A stretch of 64,000 nt of DNA from Nitrospirota bacterium (GTDB lineage Bacteria > Nitrospirota > Thermodesulfovibrionia > Thermodesulfovibrionales > JdFR-86): contig CAVRJY010000002.1 of NCBI GenBank assembly GCA_963721805.1, positions 5,067 to 69,066 of the forward strand, read 5' to 3'. Position numbers and translations under genes: made by a program. The notes under the pieces were generated by a model. The model was not told the DNA's origin and did no database searches. It saw only the letters and a list, made by a program, of their open reading frames with translations. Positions 57,568 to 64,000 of this stretch are shown piece by piece. Within the stretch, counting starts at the first letter, position 1; the number at the start of each line of letters is the position of its first letter.

Positions 57568-57818
57568 TTCCCTGTACAGGCCTCGCGGATCTTCTCCTCG
57601 TCATAGCCAACGATCACCTGATCGCCGACGATCATCGTCGGGAAGGTCATCGCGGGGTTGTATTTCTTGACCTCGTTTGAGGCTGACCATTGCGAGGAGC
57701 CCTCCAGCGTGTCGACCTCGGTGCAGTCGTAGGCCACGCCGAGGGAGTCCAGCAGGGCCTTCGTCTTGCGGCAGGCCGGGCAGGTGCTCAGGGCATAGAG
57801 CTTAACGTTAGTCTGCAT
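57564..57818 (-). CDS. Glutaredoxin/NrdH-like small redox protein
   Basis: 84 aa with a CPAC active site (LYALSTCPACRKTKALL). It overlaps the FTR-like gene by 4 nt. Confidence 0.7.
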   Translation of the reverse strand: MQTNVKLYALSTCPACRKTKALLDSLGVAYDCTEVDTLEGSSQWSASNEVKKYNPAMTFPTMIVGDQVIVGYDEEKIREACTGK

Positions 57819-57875
57819 GCGGGCTCCTTTCGTATAGTTATATTATAACAGGCCGGAGTGCGGCGTTTGTTATAA

Positions 57876-58751
57876 TTGGGGATAAGGCAAGGGGAGGGCG
57901 CATTGACGCCAAATCTTACGATAGGCGAGGTCAAGATAACGTGGCTGCACGGCGGGGTATTCGAGCTCGACGGCGGGACGATGTTCGGCCCGGTGCCGCG
58001 CGTGCTCTGGGAAAAACGCTTCGCCTACCACGGGGACAACTACATAAGCCTGCTTAACCACCCGATGCTCGTGCGCGCCCCATGGGGTACAGCGATAATC
58101 GACACCGGCCTGGGCAACAAGCTCACCGAGAAGCAAAAAAAGATATTCCGCGTGACCGAGGACTGGCGGCTGCTGGAATCGCTCGCGGAGCAGGGCGTCA
58201 GCCGCGATCAGATAGACTTCGTGGTGCTCACCCACCTCGATTACGACCACGCCGGGGGCGTGGTGATGCATAACCAAGAAGGCGTGGCGGAGCTCACGTT
58301 CCCGCGCGCGCAGCACATTGTGCAGCGTGCGGAGTGGGAGGATGCGATATCGCCTAATAAGCGCGCCGCGCACTCCTACTGGAAGCGGAACTTTGATGGG
58401 CTGGTAGCGGGTGAGAACCTCTTGCTCGCTGAAGGCCCGCACGAGGTGATGGAGGGGTTGGCCGTGTTCCCGACCGGGGGCCACACGCGCGGGCATCAGG
58501 CCGTGGTCATATCCTCCGGCGGGCAGAAGGCGGTGCACCTGGCCGACCTGCTGCCCACGCACGCGCACTTTAACCCGCTCTGGGTTACGTCATACGACAA
58601 CTTCCCTCTCGATGCGGTCGAGCGCAAGGAGCAGTTCGAAAAACTCTTCGTCTCTCAGGGCGCGTGGTTTCTCTTCTACCACGACCCGTTCATGGCCGCG
58701 TGCCGCTTCGACCCCAGGGGCGAGGTCATCGAGAAACTTGACTGGCGCTGA
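57876..58751 (+). CDS. MBL-fold metallo-hydrolase
   Basis: [11 protein letters not shown] (HxHxDH-type motif variant) and ..GGHTRGH... Confidence 0.75.
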   Translation: MGIRQGEGALTPNLTIGEVKITWLHGGVFELDGGTMFGPVPRVLWEKRFAYHGDNYISLLNHPMLVRAPWGTAIIDTGLGNKLTEKQKKIFRVTEDWRLLESLAEQGVSRDQIDFVVLTHLDYDHAGGVVMHNQEGVAELTFPRAQHIVQRAEWEDAISPNKRAAHSYWKRNFDGLVAGENLLLAEGPHEVMEGLAVFPTGGHTRGHQAVVISSGGQKAVHLADLLPTHAHFNPLWVTSYDNFPLDAVERKEQFEKLFVSQGAWFLFYHDPFMAACRFDPRGEVIEKLDWR

Positions 58752-60226
58752 TGCCTAAGAAAGCCGTCATCGTCGGCGCGGGCCCGGCCGGGCTCACCGC
58801 CGCGTATGAACTGCTCACCAGGACCGATATCGTCCCGACGGTGCTTGAGGCCTCCGAAGACATCGGCGGCATCTCGAAGACCGTCCATTACAAGGGCAAC
58901 CGCATCGACATCGGAGGGCACCGCTTCTTCTCGAAGTCCGAGCGAGTCATGCGCTGGTGGGCCGACGTATTCCCGATAGAGGCCGCGCCGGAGCCGGACC
59001 CCAAGCACACCGACAAGGTCATGCTGCGGCGAGACCGCCTCTCGCGGATATTCTTCCTCGGGAAGTTCTTCCCGTACCCGATCCGGCTGACTCTGGACGT
59101 GATGCGCAAGCTGGGCGCGCTTCGTGCATTTAAGATATGCCTGAGCTACCTCATGGTCCGCCTCAGGCCGATCAGGCCCGAGCGGTCGCTCGAGGACTTC
59201 TTCATCAACCGCTTCGGACGCGAGCTGTACCTCACGTTTTTTAAGGGCTACACCGAGAAGGTCTGGGGCGCGCCGTGCGCCGAGATCTCGCCCGAGTGGG
59301 GCGCTCAGAGGATCAAGGGCCTCTCGGTAGGGCGGGCGGTCAGCCACGCGATAAGGCAGTCGCTTGGGGGTGGGCAGCCGGCCGTTGAGACGAGCCTGAT
59401 CGAGAATTTTTTGTACCCCAAGCTCGGGCCGGGCCAGCTCTGGGAGGAGGTCGCGGCGCGGGTGCAGCAGCGCGGGGGCAAGGTGATAACGGGCGCGGAG
59501 GTGGTGGGCGTCGAGACCTCGGGCAGGCGCGTGACTGCTGTCACGGCCAAAGACCGGCAGACGGGCGGGCTTCAGCGCCATGAGGCGGACTGGTTCTTCT
59601 CGACCATGCCGGTGCGCGAACTTGTCGCGGCGATGGGCGAGGCGGTGCCGCAAGATGTGAGGGACGCGGCTGCGGGCCTGCAATACCGCGATTTCATGAC
59701 CGTGGGGCTGCTGCTTAAAAAGCTCAAGACTCCGGTGCCGGACAACTGGATATACGTCCAGGAGCGCGGGGTCAGGATCGGGAGGCTACAGGTCTTCAAT
59801 AACTGGAGCCCGTGGCTCGTAGCCGACCCGGAAGGCACGGTATGGCTGGGGCTTGAGTACTTCTGCACCGAGGGGGACGGGATGTGGTCGATGCCTGACG
59901 ACGAGTTCGCGCGGTTCGCGATAGGCGAGCTTGCCTCGATCGGGCTGATCGATCCAGCCGACGTCCTCGACCATAAGGTGCTTCGCGTGCCCAAGGCATA
60001 TCCGGCATACATCGGCGGGTACGATAGATTCGGCGTGGTCAGGCGATACCTCGACGGACTCGAAAACCTCTTCCTGATCGGCCGAAACGGGATGCACCGG
60101 TATAACAATATGGACCACTCGATGCTGACCGCGATGGCCGCGGTCGAAAACATCATCGCTGGGCGCACTGACAAGACCAATATATGGGCGATCAACGCTG
60201 AGGACGACTATCACGAGGGTTCATGA
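58751..60226 (+). CDS. NAD(P)/FAD-dependent oxidoreductase (amine-oxidase / UDP-galactopyranose-mutase-like fold)
   Basis: [16 protein letters not shown] dinucleotide-binding motif; 491 aa. Its stop TGA (60224-60226) lies in the first bases of cassette E2. Confidence 0.75.
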   Translation: MPKKAVIVGAGPAGLTAAYELLTRTDIVPTVLEASEDIGGISKTVHYKGNRIDIGGHRFFSKSERVMRWWADVFPIEAAPEPDPKHTDKVMLRRDRLSRIFFLGKFFPYPIRLTLDVMRKLGALRAFKICLSYLMVRLRPIRPERSLEDFFINRFGRELYLTFFKGYTEKVWGAPCAEISPEWGAQRIKGLSVGRAVSHAIRQSLGGGQPAVETSLIENFLYPKLGPGQLWEEVAARVQQRGGKVITGAEVVGVETSGRRVTAVTAKDRQTGGLQRHEADWFFSTMPVRELVAAMGEAVPQDVRDAAAGLQYRDFMTVGLLLKKLKTPVPDNWIYVQERGVRIGRLQVFNNWSPWLVADPEGTVWLGLEYFCTEGDGMWSMPDDEFARFAIGELASIGLIDPADVLDHKVLRVPKAYPAYIGGYDRFGVVRRYLDGLENLFLIGRNGMHRYNNMDHSMLTAMAAVENIIAGRTDKTNIWAINAEDDYHEGS

Positions 60227-60395
60227 AAGCGCTCCAAATCGCTTGATACTGCGTCACGCCTCGCAGCCCGATCCTCAACGTATGTCCATATACGCCTCCG
60301 GTCGGTCTGCTCGCCGCTCCTTGTCTGAAGACGATTTGGGCGCGCTTTCGGGGGAGAGAATAACGTAGCCCCCCGCGCCCCACGAGGTCAACGGC
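60224..60395 (+). repeat. E2 left arm
   Basis: Shares AAAGCGC(T)CCAAATCGCTTGATAC and CCTTGTCTGAAGACGATTTGGGCGCGCTTTCGGGGG..CCCCCGCGCCCC..GGTCAACGGC with the E1 arms. The apex is CGTAT-gtccat-ATACG. Confidence 0.65.
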
Positions 60396-60458
60396 TTATA
60401 TTAAGAGCATCATGACCGTTGCCCCTGCCGCACATGGAATGGAAGGGAATTCAGTCGA

Positions 60459-61019
60459 TTAATCCTCAGCTCTCCATGCGATAAGGTCTAAGTGTATTCG
60501 ATGATTAAAACTGTATTCATTTTTTGCCATATCTGTTGCAACTGACTGATAATTATCGTTTGTTACCTTATTTATTGCAGTTATCGTAGTCCATTTAGTG
60601 TTCTTATTATGGGAATCTAATTTTTTACCAACATAGCTATCTAAAGGGACTTCAAGGAACGGCATTAAATGGCTCAACTGATATTTTTCATATATGAATC
60701 GATTATAACAAGCGTTGCGCATAAATATATTTAAACATTTTCGCGCTATACCCCAAAGCGCAGTCTTTTCCTTAGAGTGATCTATGATTAAATATAATTT
60801 GTCAACCAAATTCTTTGTATGCTCGTCTATTATGTTTGAGTAATCCGCTTCATTCATAATCAACCTGAATTGATTGAAATCCATTCCGCCCAGATATTCT
60901 CTAACGCATTTACCAGTCCCCGTTGGATATCCCCTTACTGTACTAACCCCTATGGAAACGTTTGCGAGATGTTTCGTTAATGCCTTATAAAAATCAAATA
61001 CATTGGCCTTATCATTCAT
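60459..61019 (-). CDS. E2 cargo: hypothetical protein (186 aa), AT-rich
   Basis: A GGAGG RBS lies 8 nt before the ATG. I recognise no motif. Confidence 0.55.
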   Translation of the reverse strand: MNDKANVFDFYKALTKHLANVSIGVSTVRGYPTGTGKCVREYLGGMDFNQFRLIMNEADYSNIIDEHTKNLVDKLYLIIDHSKEKTALWGIARKCLNIFMRNACYNRFIYEKYQLSHLMPFLEVPLDSYVGKKLDSHNKNTKWTTITAINKVTNDNYQSVATDMAKNEYSFNHRIHLDLIAWRAED

Positions 61020-61358
61020 GTTTCATAGCCTCCACTCTGTGATTTAATATGAAACAATAAAACTGAGAGAGTTAAATGGCACCAGCCAGTTCTCATCCCG
61101 ATGTGCATCATGCTCCAAAGATACCACAACCGCTCGGAGTATACCAAACATTTTTCCGAGGGCTGCCGACGTTCATTAACCATAGTTAATCGAAAGTTAG
61201 TAGAAAACGCACGGGCATCAATTTTTCCTATCAACTTAGGTTTATATATAAACCGTAGGATATCGCTTTTTTCATTTCTTTGTGATTTAATACGGGATGA
61301 TGCTTAGATGGGTATTTTTGAGGTCGCGGAAAGCGAAGTTGGACGCCGATGGAGCGGT

Positions 61359-61498
61359 GGAAAACGTTTCTGAACGCATGAACATGGGAGTGGTCAAATT
61401 ATCGATGAAATCCGCTGGCTTGGACTGTTTTTTCTCTGTTCATTTGAACGCTCAAAAAAAATGCGCGTACGCGCGCGGTAAGTATGTATATAACTAAG
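61359..61498. other. Conserved internal module of the cassettes (E2 copy)
   Basis: Aligns block-wise with 44571-44711. It includes a minus-strand terminator (GC palindrome 61463-61477 plus T-run, 61454-61477). Confidence 0.6.
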
Positions 61499-61521
61499 GT
61501 GACGAGCGCAGGTCTAATTAA

Positions 61522-61696
61522 GCCGTTGACCACGAGGCGCGGAGGCAGCGGCTGGGCCGCGCACTTCGCAAAGCGCGATAAATCGCGTCAGGCTAGGAAC
61601 GGCGAGGAAAACGTCCGCAAGTGTACTGAGACGTACTCTGGAGGACGGATTTCCGAAGCCGTGACAACGTATCACGCGACTTTAGCGCGCTTTCAA
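61522..61696 (-). repeat. E2 right arm
   Basis: Read inward, it has AAAGCGCGCTAAAGTCGCG..CGCGATTTATCGCGCTTT, apex GTAC-gtctca-GTAC, GCGCGG..CCGCGC and GGTCAACGGC. Confidence 0.6.
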
Positions 61697-61743
61697 GAGG
61701 GCAAAGTTTGCAGCAGCTTTAGCCAAGAAGGTATAATGCGTTG

Positions 61744-62871
61744 ATGAAGAAAGCGCTGATAACGGGCATCACCGGCCAGGACGGTTCCTATCTGGCCGAG
61801 CTGCTTCTGGAGAAGGACTACGAAGTCCACGGCATGGTCCGCCGCTCCAGCATGTTCAACCGCGGCCGCATCGACCACATATACGTCGACCCGCACGCTA
61901 AGGGCGCGCACCTCTTCCTGCACTACAGCGACCTCGCGGACGCCGGCAACATCACGAGCCTGATCTACAACGTCGCGCCTGACGAGATATACCACCTCGG
62001 CGCGCAGAGCCACGTCCGCGTGAGCTTCGACGTCCCTGAGTACACGGGCGACGTGACCGGTCTCGGGACCACGCGCATACTCGACGCGATGCACAGGAGC
62101 GGCTCGAAGGCGCGGTTCTATCAGGCCTCGTCAAGCGAGATGTTCGGCGCCACACAGCCACCTCAGAACGAGAGTTCGCCGTTTTATCCGCGCAGCCCCT
62201 ATGCGGCCGCGAAGGTCTACGCCTACTGGATGACCGTCAACTACCGCGAGGCCTACGGGATGTATGCCTGTAACGGGATACTGTTTAACCACGAGAGCCC
62301 GCGCCGGGGCGAGAACTTCATCACGCGCAAGATCACGCTCTCGCTCGCGAACATACTGGCCGGCCGCGCGGAGAAGCTCTACCTCGGCAACCTCGAGGCC
62401 CGGCGCGACTGGGGCTTCGCCCCGGAGTACGTCGAGTGCCAGTGGCGCATCCTGCAGCAGGACCGCCCGGCGGATTACGTTATCGGCACAGGCGAGAGCC
62501 ACTCGGTCCGCGAGTTCCTGCTCGAGGCATTCGAGTACGCGGGGATAGGGCTTGAGCTTAAGGGCACGGGCGCGGGCATCAAGGGCGTCATAAGCTCGGT
62601 GCGCGGCGACTGCCCGCTCAAGCCCGGACACGTCGTGCTCGAGATAGACCCGAAGTTCTTCCGCCCGACCGAGGTCGACTACCTGCTTGCGGACATAACG
62701 CGTTCGCGCGAGGTTTTAGGATGGGAGCCGAAGGTCACGTTTAAGGAACTCGTGCGGATCATGGTGGACGCGGACCTCATCGGCCACGGGCTCGCTGCCC
62801 CCGGCGACGGCCAGCGCGTACTGAAGGAAAAGGGCCTCACCTGGTTTAAGGCCGACTCGACCTCCCGCTGA
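61744..62871 (+). CDS. gmd: GDP-mannose 4,6-dehydratase
   Basis: [58 protein letters not shown]. The promoter-like TTGCAG-18-TATAAT at ~61709-61738 lies just outside E2. Confidence 0.95.
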   Translation: MKKALITGITGQDGSYLAELLLEKDYEVHGMVRRSSMFNRGRIDHIYVDPHAKGAHLFLHYSDLADAGNITSLIYNVAPDEIYHLGAQSHVRVSFDVPEYTGDVTGLGTTRILDAMHRSGSKARFYQASSSEMFGATQPPQNESSPFYPRSPYAAAKVYAYWMTVNYREAYGMYACNGILFNHESPRRGENFITRKITLSLANILAGRAEKLYLGNLEARRDWGFAPEYVECQWRILQQDRPADYVIGTGESHSVREFLLEAFEYAGIGLELKGTGAGIKGVISSVRGDCPLKPGHVVLEIDPKFFRPTEVDYLLADITRSREVLGWEPKVTFKELVRIMVDADLIGHGLAAPGDGQRVLKEKGLTWFKADSTSR

Positions 62872-62898
62872 CAGGCGCGGCCTGCCTCTCTTCTCTGA

Positions 62899-63993
62899 CT
62901 ATCTGCCGAGTGGTATATGGATATGAAACGCGGTGCCCTTGCCGGGGTCGCTCTCCAGCGTGATATACCCCCGGTTGCGCTTGATGATGCGGTAGGTCAT
63001 CGCGAGGCCGAGCCCCGTGCCCTCGCCCGGCGGCTTGGTTGTGTAGAACGGCTGGTAGACGTGCTCCATCGCATCCTGCGGGATGCCGCAGCCGGTGTCC
63101 GCGACGGTCACTATCGCATAGCGGCCGGGCGCGATGAACTCGTTCGGCGCGGATGGGCGCTCCGGGATGTCCGCTGCACGGGTCGTGATCGTGAGGCGGC
63201 CCCCGTCGGGCATCGCGTCGCGGGCGTTTATGATCAGGTTTATCAGCGCCTGCTCGATCTGTCCGGCAGAGCCCTCGACGTGAGGCAGGGATTGGTCGAG
63301 GTCGAGCCTGACCTCTATCGAGCTTGGTATGAGCCGGGAGGCCATCTGCATCGTCTCGCCCACGACCGCGTTGAGATCAACCGGCAGGCCCTCGACGTAC
63401 TCCGAGCGCGCGAAGTCCAGAAGCTGCCCCACGGCCTCGGCGGCCTTGTCCGACGAGCGCTCGATGATGCGCGCATACTGCACGATCTCGGGGGTGGCGG
63501 CGGCGTGGGTGCTGATGAGTTCGGAGTACGAGCTGATGGAGGTTAGCACGTTTTTGAAGTAGTGCGTGATGCCGCCGGCGAGCATGCCGATGGCCTCCAT
63601 CTTCTGGGAGTGCATGAGCTGCTTTTCGTGCTCGACCTTCGAGGTCTCGTCCGTGACGACCATGAGCACCACGCTCGGGCTCGCATCGGCGCGCTCGCGT
63701 ATGGGGTAGGCCTTGACGCCGAGCGTCCGCCTGCCGGTGTCGAGCGTGTGCGAGGCGGCCTCGCCCAGATTTAGCGCGGCCAGCACTGGGCACTTGCCCG
63801 GCTCATCGGAGCATGGGGCATCGCGCCCCATCAGCGCCCTGTGGCAGGCCATCCCGGCGATCGCGGCCTGGCCGATGCCGCTTAAGCGCGCGAAGGCGCG
63901 GTTGGCGTGCAGGATGCGGCGCTGGGGGCTTACCAGCGCGACCCCCTCCTCGACCTCGTCGAGCAGTGCACCTATGACGCTGTCCATCGGCAT
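62899..63993 (-). CDS. PAS-domain sensor histidine kinase
   Basis: An N-terminal PAS-like region, a phosphoacceptor region (..GGITHYFKNVLTSI..) and ATPase motifs (NLIINARDAM, DTGCGIP, GTGLGLAM). The start is close to the window edge, so the N-terminus is uncertain. Confidence 0.8.
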   Translation of the reverse strand: MPMDSVIGALLDEVEEGVALVSPQRRILHANRAFARLSGIGQAAIAGMACHRALMGRDAPCSDEPGKCPVLAALNLGEAASHTLDTGRRTLGVKAYPIRERADASPSVVLMVVTDETSKVEHEKQLMHSQKMEAIGMLAGGITHYFKNVLTSISSYSELISTHAAATPEIVQYARIIERSSDKAAEAVGQLLDFARSEYVEGLPVDLNAVVGETMQMASRLIPSSIEVRLDLDQSLPHVEGSAGQIEQALINLIINARDAMPDGGRLTITTRAADIPERPSAPNEFIAPGRYAIVTVADTGCGIPQDAMEHVYQPFYTTKPPGEGTGLGLAMTYRIIKRNRGYITLESDPGKGTAFHIHIPLGR

Positions 63994-64000
63994 TATCTAC

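Larger units (their letters stand above)
60224..61696. mobile_element. Fold-back cassette E2 (same architecture as E1, different cargo, more diverged arms)
   Basis: Left arm 60224-60395, right arm 61522-61696. GGTCAACGGC / GCCGTTGACC sit at the inner arm ends, the conserved module is at 61359-61498, and the interior is AT-rich. Confidence 0.55.

Noticed and set aside
61016-61234. 72-aa minus-strand ORF coupled (ATGA) to the E2 cargo start
   Set aside because: Its composition is Trp/Cys/Met-rich, it has no RBS and there is no counterpart in E1. I mention it in the E2 finding but do not call it as a gene.

Overview
The window is GC-rich (roughly 60%) chromosomal DNA from a Gram-negative, probably anaerobic bacterium, interrupted by several AT-rich foreign segments. 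All calls are by eye (motif recognition, manual translation, manual alignment); no database search was possible.

(1) 1-19868 is the right-hand part of an integrated island that continues left of the window. It carries:
- a divergent DGQHR-domain module;
- a dndBCDE phosphorothioation cluster riddled with frameshifts (dndE intact);
- an intact PrimPol/SF3-helicase replication gene with a GGTTAGAA iteron origin;
- small ribbon-helix-helix (RHH) proteins;
- cargo genes (GNAT, CpxP-like, Ser-rich EF-hand protein, FliS-like);
- a tyrosine integrase abutting a tRNA 3'-end fragment.

(2) 20.1-29.3 kb holds a TorF-type porin, a small Fis-type HTH, kdpF-kdpF'-kdpABC, an orphan kdpE (no kdpD) and an NhaP-type antiporter. 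The porin carries a copy of the kdp promoter and leader-peptide module.

(3) 29.4-31.8 kb is a degraded mobilisation remnant: a T4CP-like ATPase and a CHC2/Toprim primase-like gene, both frameshifted. It ends at a tRNA-Thr-like 3' fragment.

(4) 31.9-43.0 kb is housekeeping and signalling: FMN reductase, histidine kinase, CBS protein, Tex, diguanylate cyclase, lipoproteins, a second TorF porin, a GAF-HTH protein and glnB-amtB.

(5) The most unusual feature is two fold-back cassettes, 43106-44885 and 60224-61696.
- Each has ~175-180 bp inverted arms that fold into two hairpins.
- Compensatory changes across the four arm copies preserve those hairpins.
- Each also has a shared ~140 bp internal module and a different AT-rich gene of unknown function.
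- I see no transposase or recombinase inside either cassette, and I could not match the arms to an element family I recognise.

(6) The remaining genes are an ArsB/NhaD-type permease, a frameshifted amt with glnK, maf, a flavoprotein, a patatin-like lipase, and a low-GC HTH-GHKL-DUF4325-like gene flanked by duplicated terminator hairpins. After those come fhs, NuoEF-like genes, FTR-like and Grx-like genes, an MBL hydrolase, an FAD oxidoreductase, gmd and a PAS histidine kinase.

I found no rRNA, no complete tRNA and no CRISPR array.
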